A DNA stretch of 64,000 bases from Basidiobolus meristosporus CBS 931.73 (GCA_002104905.1 MCFE01000212.1:1-64000); one strand, 5' to 3'. Positions 24,301 through 35,945 are shown, counted from the stretch's first letter. Notes: generated by a model not told the origin, from the sequence alone. Translations and numbers: made by a program.

Positions 24301-24892
24301 GTCCTCCACTTCGAAGCGACGTCGTCTCCGTTTCTTCTGGTGGGGGGAAATGGGGTGGTGTGAGCATACACGAACAACGGTCCGAAAACAAAGTGGCGAA
24401 GAAAAGCGCATAGATCGCTCGGCGAGCGGGCATAGGGCCGGCTCAACCCGAGCAACACTACGCGTTGCACTAGTCGTGTGTTTACGTGGGAAGACTTCGC
24501 CTCCGCGCTTTTGGTTTGGGTGAACAATCACTTACCGGAATCTCTTCGGTCTCGGTCTCTTTCTCATCCTCGGGTTTTGCCTCGCCCTCGTCCAGCTCCT
24601 CTCCGTCTTCCTCCTCCCCGTAGCGTGCTGCGTTGGCCAGGATTCTATCGAAAAATGGATCGTTCCCGAACTCGTATGAATCCAGACCGAGATCGGTGGC
24701 CGGCCGGGAGGCATCCTCCGACTGGGCTGGTTTGGTGAGAGCCTTTTCTGTGGCGTGTTTCAAGAGCTCTGCGTACGACACGATGGGTGTGTCTTTGAGA
24801 GAGACTTCGATACGTATGGTGGAAGGATTGCTGGGTGCTTCGACGAGTGGGCCTGGTTCAGGGTTGTTCATTATGGAGAGCATAAACTTCAA
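21323..24892 (-). CDS. HPC2: HIRA histone-chaperone subunit Hpc2/ubinuclein (multi-exon; 3' end uncertain ~21300-21500)
   Basis: HUN/HRD motif EDYDVNDPFIDDSEL (~24260-24310). N-terminal IRIEVSL…SYAEL. After splicing 22754/22838, 22599/22662 and 22476/22530, a UBN middle domain appears: KKFRWNEDLRHGLYQVVK…ILMFFEPGWTTS. Confidence 0.82.
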
Positions 24893-25626
24893 CTAGATGG
24901 TGGAAAGTATAGGGTTTCACGTGAAGGGGTGGACAGTCTCTAGCCACTTGTGGGGACAGAGTTTCGATGACCTATATGTGTGATGGGGAACAAAATGGTA
25001 CCAAAGGAGTGGTGGATATATTAAGAATAGAAGGAGGGGTCGTTGTGCAAGTCTTAAAAAAAAGAATATATTTCAAATTGAGATAGGATTTTGCGTCTGG
25101 TGAACGACACATGTACAGACCTCAAAAAAATCGCACATGACAACACTACTCCACCATCCAACAATATGAACATGTTCAATGTCATTGATGCGGTTGACGT
25201 GGGTGGGGGTCCGGGTCATGGCCACTGTCACTATAATGGTCGTGGTCAGCGTCAAGATCAGGATTAGGGTTCTGGTTGTGGTTGTGGCTATGGGTATGGG
25301 TATGGATGGATTAAGGGTTAGGGTTAGGGTTGGAGTTGGGGTTGAAGGTTGCAGACAGGGGAAGATGATGCTCAAACAAAGTTTACCTTATCAATGATGA
25401 GGAGAATTGAGGCAGGAGCAACCTATTCCGATGAGGAGATTACTGCATGACAATCTTATTCCAACTCTAGTAACCTTTACCTAGACATGTAGGCTCAATG
25501 CATGCATATCCATCCTATTTATATCTAGTGTTTCTCCCCTTGTTTTGGTCGCTTATTTAATCCTTCCAACGTCTCTTCCCTACGCAGCCCTTCCCAACCT
25601 CACGAACTATCTGAATCCTTCTCGAT

Positions 25627-26654
25627 ATGGCCGAGTATAACTCTTGGCAAAGTGGGGACGACGCTCTGAAAGTGTATCCCCAGCTCCAGAGTAGTCTCGC
25701 CAAGAGGAATTCCAGAGCCAGTTCGCATGTCCATAGATACTCCTTGCCAGCGGACGAATTCGATGGCTTGAAAAAACCGAAGCACTGGACCAGGTTCAAG
25801 TGGACCCTGCTATTCGCTAATACTTTGGTAAGTCCAACGCTCTGATCAACCCTGACGAGGCCTTAACCTTCGTTGATATCGACAGTTGATCTCGATTGGT
25901 ATCTGCAGCTTGATACTCAGTATCTTGACCTGGTTCAAACGTAAGTCGATTGACCACCTATGCTTGCTGTTGGGGGAATTCTGACCTTGAGTAGTGTACC
26001 TGCGGGCGGAAGTGATTTTAGTGATATCGGGAAGTTACGTGATATGTACGGCACCTCTCTTTCTCTCACTCCACGTACATCCGTACTGATCCCATTCTCC
26101 CCAGTGGTCACTACCGTGAGCAGCTGCACGATAGCCATCGGAATACTGGGCTACCTGGGAATCTTCTTCAACAACCGCCGGCTTCTCACATTCTACTGCG
26201 TATTCCTGTGGCCATTAATGGCGGGGATTGCCTCGGTGGGATATGTTGCCTACAGACGGCAGCTGTGGAATCTTGAGGCCAAGCTGCAGTCTCAGTGGCG
26301 TGGCCTCACCAACGCTGAGCGGCAGCGGGTCCAAAGTAACGTAAGTGCATTCTCTAGCTATCCTGGCCACCACGGTGAAACTCACCATCCGCTTCACAGC
26401 TACATTGCTGTGGCTACCTGGACAAAAACCATTTCCCGGCCTACACCAACAAATGCTTTCCCCGCACCACGTTGCCCGGGTGTCGGGGGAAGCTGCAACG
26501 GTTCATGGCCAGCGGTCTGAAGATCACCTACATCACTGCATTCGCCGTGCTGCCTGGCCATCTGTTGGTGATATTTGCTGGGTTGCTCTGTTCGAATCAT
26601 ATCACAAACAAATTCGCCTCTGATCCACCACCCAAACTTCACTATCAGGAGTAA
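25627..26654 (+). CDS. Tetraspanin, fungal Tsp2-like (multi-exon)
   Basis: Spliced product has four TM segments, a CCG motif (LHCCGY) in the large loop, further Cys (KCFP..TLPGC) and C-terminal LLCSNHITNKF. Confidence 0.8.
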
Positions 26655-26876
26655 TCCCACACCACATCCCACACCACATCCACACCTCATCCTACACCAC
26701 ATCCACCACATCCCATCCCATCATGCCATTCACGTGCCTCCCTTTCTGTGGATTTTGCCTGCCTGACTTATAATCTACCGATTAATTGATCGGTTGGGCC
26801 CTGACACATCAATCGAATATAAATGAATCCCCTTCAGGTCAACGCCAGCCCTAGCGCCTTGGCTTCAGTCCAACCA

Positions 26877-27858
26877 TGTCCGAGTACAAAGCGATCAAAA
26901 GCAACAAGCTGAGCTTCAAGGGAGATCCGGAGAAGAAGTAAGGAGGCGCAGCACATCCCCTCAACCCCTCAACCCGTCTCCCCCTAACCACTCCTCCTGT
27001 TATTGGTAGGAAAAAAAAGAAGAGAAAGAACAAGGAGGTGGAGGAAGAGATCGAGAGCACCACCAACGATTCCGGTAACTATTCTCTGACCACTGACCGA
27101 CCTCCAAAGAGCACTCGGGTTTCGCTCCCCTTTCTGACCTTCCGTTGTAGGCTGGGTTTTCGTCGACAAACTGGACGAATTGGTGGGCCCCATATTTATT
27201 CTGTTCAACGGCGAGCCTGTACGTTGTCTTCGGACGAACGACCGCGAGGAGATCCTTTCCCAACCACAAGAGCAGCCTATAGCGGAGATCGAGCCTGACC
27301 AGGTGCACCAGGTGTTCGTAGGACGTCGGGTGCCTGGCTCGGACGCGTTCACCTTCAAATCTTCCGCAGGGAAGTACCTCTCCTGCGACAAAGTGGGGGT
27401 TCTCAGTATCGACTCCGAAGCGGTAGGCCCTCAGGAAAACTGGACGCCCATTCTTCGGGACGACGGGATCTCCTTCCAGAACGTGCACGGGAAGTACCTT
27501 TCCATCGAAGAGGCCGGGGGAAAGCTACGTGGGGATTCGGAGGAGATCCGATTCTGCGAGGTCTTCCGAGTCAAGTGTCAGGCTTCCGCCCGGAAGAAGG
27601 TCAAGACCAAGGAGAAGGGGGTTCAGAACTCCACGGAAGCCGAATATCACAACATGTAAGTCGAGTCGTGACCGCCCGGTCTCCTTTTGCCTGGCTAACA
27701 CTTCCTGCAGTCGTAGATTCCAGAGTTGGGGGCTTGGCCGTGTGGTCCTCTCCAAGGAGGATAAGAGCGAGCTCAAGAAGGCCAAGAAGGAGGGGAACTT
27801 CTCGGAGACACTTCTGGATAGACGCTCGAAGTTGAAATCGGATCGGTATTGCAAGTAG
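26877..27858 (+). CDS. FRG1: FRG1 homologue (spliceosome-associated, fascin-like domain; 3 introns)
   Basis: MSEYKAIKSNKLSFKG; EP..VHQVFV; FKSSAGKYLSCDKVG; EAVGPQENW; LLDRRSKLKSDRYCK C-terminus. Confidence 0.92.
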
Positions 27859-28163
27859 GCTTCTTTCGAAATTGTACAATAAATTGGCGGTGGTAATGTC
27901 TGTGGGCTTGAGTCGCGCTAGATAGTTTTGTTTTGCGTAACACTGAAGGCGCATACTGTTGAATTGGTTGGAATGGTAGAGACCACTTGATAAACACGAC
28001 AAGCGTTGGATCTGCTAAGAGGTTGGACAATGTCAGGCCGCAGGTTACAAAGAGCGGCCAGGAGTCCGACTACAAACTAACACAGAGGGGATGTGTTTGC
28101 ACTTGCAAAGAGAGAAGTGCCACAGGAGAAACCTGTATCGTCGAGATAAGCTGGCGAATGTCA

Positions 28164-29200
28164 TTACACGCCCAATAACTGCGACCATTTGTCAAGCAAC
28201 TGTAAAGACACCCACTTGTCGCCATGCGCGATCACGGTTACCGGTCCCTTCACCTCCAACAATTTCGCTTCTCGTCGATGCACAATCGCGAGTAAGGCGC
28301 CGCAAGAAGGCTCGACGAGGATGTTGTGATCATTGAGAAACCATTTGCAAGCATTCAAGGCCTCCGCATTGGTCACAAAATAGGAGGTGACTTTACCAGA
28401 ATGCGCAACCGCAAGTTCCCACACTCCCTGGGCAACATACTGGCAGCCTAGGGTACCGGCCCTGGTACTCACCTCATCGAGAACTGTATGTCTGTAGGCA
28501 AGCGTAGATGCATGAAAGCATGCGGCGCCAACCGTCTCCGCCGCCGATACTGGGACATTGGCCCGGCCGAGGGACTTGAACCCCAGCAGGGCACCCCCCA
28601 GAGACTGGCCCCGCCCACAGAGCAGATGATTGCTCCCGGTTTGGTATAGCTGCTCTGGATGGCGATTTCCTAAAGAGATGGGCATAAGCTCCAAAATGGG
28701 GAGCAACCGGCGAGGGATAATCTCGCCCTAATTATTCTGGTATTTCCCTCCCGAATTCCAAGGTGGTTCCGATTACCAACAGTGTAGTGGGGAATAGTAA
28801 GCCAACGCCTGGTTTGTTGGGTCCCATTTTGTGCTTCGGATTACAGTGTCCAGCCTGGTTGCTGGATGTTCTTCAACTGCAATAGGTGGATGCAAGTGGG
28901 GGGGGGAAATAACATCCAGGATTGATCTCAAGTGAAAATTCCCTAACCTGGCCAGTTTTGTGTTGCTGCAATTTCTAGTCTGTGCCACCCTAATGTGGTC
29001 TTCCCATTTACTAACTTTGAAGTGATATGTCTAGCAAGATTTGTGTATGAAAGTACCTGCAATTTCACTTGTCCTGTCCCTGCACACATTAACTCCATTA
29101 ACAGCCTATATACTCTCAGCACATTGGGCCAGGTAAAGTAGAGAATTTGTAAATATGTAGCAGCCAAGACTCAGACTCTATTTGGTGCTTGCAAAATAGC
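28164..29200 (-). pseudogene. L-serine/threonine dehydratase (CHA1/SDS-like) pseudogene; 3' half open, 5' half frameshifted
   Basis: VPVSAAETVGAACF, TLGCQYV, HNILVEPSCGALLAIV in ORF 28164-28706. Upstream, GIREGNTRII (~IWEGH) and KWDPTNQA appear in shifting frames. No intact SFKIRG PLP-lysine motif; the GGGGL loop is degraded. Confidence 0.72.
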
Positions 29201-29217
29201 CACTTAAATCCTGCTGC

Positions 29218-31320
29218 TGTTGTAAAAGTTTGTAATTCAACCTAAATACCTACCTAACTTGTTCACTTTAGATTGTTACCTTCAAATCCTAGAGAATACT
29301 AACCAAACTCCTTGTTGGGATTTGCTTAGAATATTCTCACCAAAGCATTGTTGTCAGAGTCTTGGAGATATTGGAAGTGATTTGGGAGGACATGTAGATT
29401 ATGTGGTTTTCACTTAATGATTAGTGAAGAATTTTTGTCTTGGATACAGTTTCTTAGCAGCTGAACATGACTGGTAGGTGTCTTCTAATGCCTTCCAGGC
29501 ATTCTTTGCTGTTTTTGCTCTTGAGCATTGAATTAGCAATTTGTACTTAACATTAAGGCAAATGCAATTAAAGGCACTTTGTTCTTTCTTCTGGCACTTT
29601 AAGGCTTCCTCTCCTACATTTTTTGGAGGGCATCCTTCTCCCATGACAATATCCCAAGGGCCTCTTTCTTGTAGCAGCATCTTCACCTCCGCCTTCCACA
29701 CTTGGTAGTTAGATCCATCCAACTTTTCAGCAGAGGGAAAAATTCCAGTAATGGCAGTAGTAGACATTGCAGAGAGTGATAGCTTGGGGCTCATAACCTG
29801 TTGTAAGAATCTTGGAGTTATTAGAAGTAACTTGGGAGAACAAGTAGATTTTGTGGCTTTTACTTAATGATCTATTGAATGTAAAAGTAGTATTTATACT
29901 TTTACATGGTCTTGGCATAACAAACATGTAAAATAGGCTTAGAAAGGTCCTAAGAACATGTGTGCAAAGTTTGGGGCTGTTTGGACAGCTTATCTAACTT
30001 TCATGTTCTGGGTAAATATTCTAAGCAAATCCCAACAAGGGATTTGGTCAGTATTCTCTAGGATTTGAAGGTAATGATCTTAGTGACTTAGTTAGGTGAA
30101 TATTCAGTTCAGTAGTTGCAGCATTTCCATATTCTGGCTTTTTCTGCAGACAGATTCTCTCTTTCAAGCACCAGTCTGATGTGTGTCCTTTCCATTTGCA
30201 GTAGTTGCTAAACAGGTTGGTATTGCCTTTAAAAGGTCTTTGGTATCTTTCCTGTTGGTTTTCATTGCTTATTGAAGCATTTTCTTCTTCCTTTTTATTG
30301 GCACTTGATTTTCTTAATTCTTCATCCAGGAGCTATATGTAGTTTAAGGTCAAATCTTCAGTTCTTGACTCTAGGGCTTACACAAAGCCCTGAAACTATT
30401 CTATCAGGTTAATCTGGATGGTTACTATCACATGCTCATCAGTAGTAGGTATGCCCATAGAGTCCATCTTTTCCACCTGCAGGGTACTTTTATTGTTTAG
30501 ATTACTTATTTTTCTCCTGGCAGCATCTTTGTAGTAAGAGTTTTCTTCTGAGGCACTTTCCCTTGGCAGCCAAACATGACTGGTGGGTGTCTTCTAATAA
30601 CTTCCAAACATTCTTTGCTGTTTTTGTCTTTGACACTTAGGCAAATGCAGTTGAAGGCACTCTGTTCTTTTTGGGTACTCCAAAGACTCTTCTCCCATGC
30701 TTTTAGGAGGTCATTCTTCATCCATGACAATATCCCAATGGCCACTTTAATGTAGCAGCATCTTCATCTTCACTTTGCACACTAGGTAGATATATCCATC
30801 CAGCTTTTCAGCAGAGGGAAAATCCCAGTAAGAGCCATAGTAGAAATTGCAGACTGTGACAGCCCAGGGCTCATAACCTGTTGTATGAGTCTTGGAGATA
30901 TTGGGTGTGATCTGGGAGGACAAGTAGATTATGTGGTTTTTACTTTATGATTTATTGAGTGTAAAAGTTGTATTTATACTTTTGCATGATTGTGGCATAG
31001 CAAGCAAGTAGAATAAGTCTAGGAAGGTCTCAAAAGTATGTTTGCAAAGTTTGGGGTTGTTTCAACAACTTTGAGAATTTTCATGCTTTGGATACCTGAT
31101 ATTTTGGTGAACATATTCTAAGTAAATACCTACAAGGAATTTGGTCAGTATTCTTTAGGATATGAAGGTAATGCTCTGAGTGACTAAGTTAGGTGAATAT
31201 TTAGGTTCAATTACATATTTTTACAACAAACATCAGGTACACAGAAAATGAATATTCTCAATGTTGTCTAAACAGCCCAAAATTTTGCACACTTGCTCAT
31301 GGGACCTTCCAAAGCATATT
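29218..31320 (-). mobile_element. Cluster of truncated copia family-A 5' ends (LTR-PBS-gag) and LTR pieces
   Basis: LTR+PBS at ~29790-30110 and ~30870-31230. gag pieces 29414-29794 (AEKLDGSNYQVWKAEVKM), 30120-30530 and 30506-30745. Forward LTR fragments at 29218-29348 and ~31235-31320. Confidence 0.85.
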
Positions 31321-31364
31321 CTACCCACTACCCACTAACCCTAGCATTTATCAATGAAACAGCA

Positions 31365-33650
31365 TAGTACACTCAAGAAGCACTCAGTTGAAGTATCAGT
31401 GAAGGACCTGACAGTGATAGAAACCAGCAGCTTTCTCAGGAGCCTGTCAGAACTACAGCTGAGAGCTCAAAACAAGCAGTAAAGAAACATCAGGTTGCCA
31501 GAAGTGGGCCAGAAAGGGACAATCAGGCCAAACAGATGCAACAGAGTAGAACTTAGCTAGGAAAAAATGTAGTTCATTACAAGAAGCACATCAACAGACT
31601 AACAATGTGAGACCTGGCAGTGATGAAGAAAAAGGTAAAGGGAAATATGTCTAACCAAGCTGAAGACAGGAAAGCATACAAAAGAAACCAAAGCTCTTGC
31701 CAATTAATGCTGTAGGCCTGGAACAGACTGAATCCCATAATAGCCAAGAAGAATTACCAACCAGAAAGCTGTTTTCACAAGAGTTGGAAGTGCAGCCATT
31801 TGAGCTACACTCCAGTAAGATAGATGAGTTTGCGGAGAAAGGCAATAATGCTTTTGGTGGATTTTTGGAATATCAATAAGCACACCAAGAGGTTGCAGCA
31901 CTTCTTCAAGGGCAGTGCTCAAGAATGCGCACTTGAATATTTCTAGGATTTATTGCAAAGACTGGCAGATGAGGTGCTAGATCTTGCAATGCCAGCCAAA
32001 AGCCAGGATGTTAGGGAACCAGTGAATGAGCAGCGGCATACTCTGTCCCATCAGAGAAAATTTGATGAGCATGTCAAAGGCCATCAAAAATTACAATCCC
32101 ATGACTAAGAGGTATGATCCCATTAGGACACCATACAAGCACAATTGGATGATAATTGCACCCTATACTTTACAAAAAAGCTTGATCAATATTCTTCATC
32201 ACAACAATACATTTCTTGTGTACATCAATTGGCTGTTGCCTCTGTTTTGCACCCCTTACTTCCTTACTTGACCAATTCTCTTACTTTTCATGCATATAAA
32301 TTGATTTATTGCTGTTGATACATCAGTTGCACCTCAATTGCCAACTGTATTGACCTATAAAAGTCCCTATACCCAACACTAGCATTAAGCCCAACCACAC
32401 ACTTGACAACTAACTCCATTGCAGTCCACCATCCAATCAGTATTTTAGCTGTACTGCCCTCTTTCCATGACTTTGGCAGGAACCCTACAGCTTTATGCCA
32501 CTGTACATTCACTGGTTCCCATATGTCCTGATCTTCAGCTGGTGCTGCAAGGTCTTGCACCTCATCTGCCAGTATTTGCAATAAGTCTTTGCAGTATTCC
32601 AGAGTGCTTTCTTGAACACTGCTCATGAAGAAGTGCTGCACCCCCTTGGTTTGCCTATCAGTGTTCCAAGTACCACTATAGGCAATGTAATAGCCTTTTG
32701 GATTCTTTATATTGTTACTTTGTCTGTCAGCAGGACCTCTACACTGTCAACAAAGGAGGATGTGGAGGCAGTGGTAGCAAATTCCTTTTCTCTGCAAACT
32801 TATCCGCCTTACTGGAGTGTAGCTCAACTGGTTACGCATTCCATGTTTGAAAAACAGCATTTGTTTTGCTGATAATTCTTCTTGGCTATGATGGAAGTCA
32901 GCCTGATCTGGGCAGACAGCTGGTGCATCTGTTTTTGCCTGCTTGTCCCTTGCCAGCACTCTTGCAGCAACTGAACATTTCTTTGCCACTTGTTTGGAGC
33001 TTCCAGCCCTGCTTGTGATGGGCTCTTGAGAAAGCTGTGAGTTTTTGTCACTGTCAAGTCCTTCACTGCTGCTGTGACTGAGTGCTTCTTGTATCAAGCT
33101 ACATTTTCTCCTTGATAAATGCTGCACTGATGCATCTGTTTCTGCCTGCTTGTGCCTTACTGATACTATTCTGGCAACCTGATGTATCTTTGCCTCTTGT
33201 ATAGAGGTTTCAGCCCTGCTTGTGACAAGCTGCTGAGGAAGCAACTGGTTTTTAGCCATTGCACCCCTGTTCTTCTGCCTTCAATAGTTTCTGCTATTCT
33301 TGAGACACTTTCTTAGCATACCAATGCTGGCCCAAAATCTATTAGCTTGCTTGCATTCAGCATAATGGTTATGGAACAGGTCAAGCACATTCTGATTAGC
33401 CTTGAGCTCCTGATGGTCCCATGGCATGCCGGCCCTAATGTGATGCTGTGGTAGACTTCTAATGGCCTCCTGAATACAAGTACACTCTTTGTCATTGCAC
33501 TCAGCAGCTTTACATATTTTCAATGTCATTTGATTATTAGGCTTGGGCATAAACACCAAAATTTCTCTGTCCCATGCTGCAATAGGCTTTTCTGTGGGCT
33601 TATCTTGAGGCACTGTTGCTGTACTTCAAGCACTGTACACTATTCCTCTG
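31365..33650. repeat. Unnamed repeat family X, two copies in inverted orientation (31365-32070 +, 32290-33650 -), with decayed coding potential
   Basis: Shared LEYCKDLLQ.LADEV.DL motif region. Further copies at ~38720-39400 (-), 50220-50610 (+), 51700-52090 (+). Confidence 0.7.
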
Positions 33651-33748
33651 TTGTTACATTGTGAAATAGCTCAATTCTTGACTGGGGCATTGAGCTACTT
33701 GAGATCCTTCTCTGCAGCAAAGGATACTGCATTCTCTACCCAAGATAC

Positions 33749-35945
33749 TAGACTTGTTCTGCTGGATAGTGTCATATAGTGCCAGCCTATTTATAGAACC
33801 AGATTGATCTGGCACTCTATGGCACTATCTGGCAATATCTGGCACTATAGTTTCTACCATAATGCCAGCAGTAGGATATAGTTACTAGTAATTATACTCA
33901 ATCTTACTTATAATGCTGAAAATAGTGCTTTCCTTGCTTTGTTTACTCTTCATAATGCTTTAGACACATTTCTCTCTGTGAATGTCTTCTTGTACAAATA
34001 TACTATGCATATGTAAGTATCTTAACTATTTTACCTATTCTGCTGTTTTCTCCTATATATAGCTTTCCTCTGTATTTACCGTGTGGGAAATTTACCAATC
34101 ACATTAGTTCTCATATATCTTTCTTATAAGACCAGGTTGATGCCAATACACTACTCTATAAGTATCCAAATCTGTCACTATGGTCCCTATACCAAGTCTC
34201 AGCTCATCTTTAGTACAGCTCAGACAAAACCTATCCCCCAGCCCACAAGTGCAGTCTGGACTGGAGAACTCAATGTTACTTCCATGTGAGATGTTACCAA
34301 GTGATTTCAATATGACCTAGGTGTCTATGATGAGCCTTCATACAGATATTTGGGCACTACTCATCACTCTATCAGAGCTATATACCTTAAGGAGTCAACA
34401 GAGATGGAAGAATCTGAGTAGATAGTGGTGGCAAGAGTTCTACATCAAGATGCCTGTGGATTAATGTAAGAAGATACTCAACAAGACAAGTATTGCACTT
34501 AAGAATGAGCTGAGAGTGAGGGAATTTGATGAGAAAGCTGCACAAGAATGATTTTGCATGCAATTTGCTCAGTATGAGCTGGATATGTCTGCTTCTGCCT
34601 CAACTTTGGGAATCAAACAGATTTTGAATGATTTTTTGCCACAAATGACTAATGTAATACATGATATATTAGTAGAGCTAAGTGGCTTCCAAGAACAATA
34701 TCCACAGGACTCATCCAGGCAACAGTTCAAATGTTTCCACAGAAGGTAAGTGAATACCTTGAGGAATCAAAAGGTGAACTTTGAGAGGAAGAATATAGAC
34801 TAAAAGCAACAGCATCAGATCATGCCAGCATGCCTTGCTGGACTCCTTACCATCTTTCACAACTACAGAGTGCCAGTACATGTCAGTCCATACTATACCA
34901 TCACCCTTCACAGGAGCACCATGCATTGAGTCAACCAGTGTTGGGTCAATATGTGAGCTTCAGAGCAAAACCACCAGAACTTGTCAAACAGCTCCATTGG
35001 AGCAGGCCAAGTTGCATCAACAAGCAGCATCAGATCAAACTCAGCCAAGGGCCATGTAAGCACATCAAGTTATGCCTTCATGTGCTGTTACTCCTGACCA
35101 TCAGCAAGTTACAACTGATGAACAAACTGATGATGATCCACATGAAGTGCTTCCATCACCAGAGCCTTTGGCAAGTAAAGGAATGCGTCAGTGTGGAGCA
35201 CTGCAGACCAGTACAGTAGCATTGTCCAGAGCAATTAAGAGTGGCTAAGCTGCAGCATTGCACTCATCAACTAGGAGGCAAAATACTGACTGCAAGTACA
35301 CAAGTAGCCAAGATGATAGTCAACAAGGAACTAGTTTAGGTGTGCAAAGTGAATCACAGCCAAATGCTTCAGTAGTAATCACTGCAAGAAAAACCCAGGA
35401 GAAGATGATGCAGTTGCATTGAATTGCTATTATTTGTCATCATCCTAATAACACATCTTTTTTGTGATCCAAATTAAGCCATTGCAAATCAGTGATCACT
35501 AAATTTCTGATATAAGTAATATCAGGGTTGTCTCATATTTGAGACAGAACCCCTATTAATAAGTACCTGGCATATATATACATCATCTGTAACACCAGTG
35601 CAGCCATTTGATCTGTTTTGCACCTACTTGATTGGATGCATGCTAGCTATGACACCATGTTCAATTACAAGGATCAGGGACTTACTTGCTCAATAGGCAA
35701 AATGGGATATTTGATGGCAAATCCGGTAGCTTGTGTATTGGTCAAAGAGCCAACTGGGGGCTGACAGCTTCAAGATACTTTTGGACCAACTGGTCACTGA
35801 GATACCATCCCATAGGTGTGATTGTAACCAAAATGGTCAGTATAAGTGTAGCTTAAAGTGTAATATGTATCTATTTCCATTGGCATTAAAGAAACATATC
35901 CAAATACCAGATTTACTTACCATAATAGCTATATGCAATTGCGCA
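33749..35945 (+). mobile_element. Unclassified TIR DNA transposon (family Y), left end intact
   Basis: Starts TAGACTTGTTCTG, the same as the fold-back terminus at 48148. 34083-35945 is homologous to 62100-63850 inverted. Confidence 0.6.

Noticed and set aside
25073-25397. Low-complexity ORFs 25073-25375 and 25179-25397
   Set aside because: Products of G/T-rich simple repeats in an intergenic region; no splice link to neighbours found.
26654-26720. CCACACCACAT-type repeats after the tetraspanin, plus CCA, GTG and AT microsatellites at 10015-10040, 21225-21250 and 22797-22820
   Set aside because: Ordinary slippage repeats in UTRs and introns.
8589-28706. Gene island as a functional or biosynthetic cluster
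   Set aside because: Genes are functionally unrelated housekeeping loci; no pathway logic.
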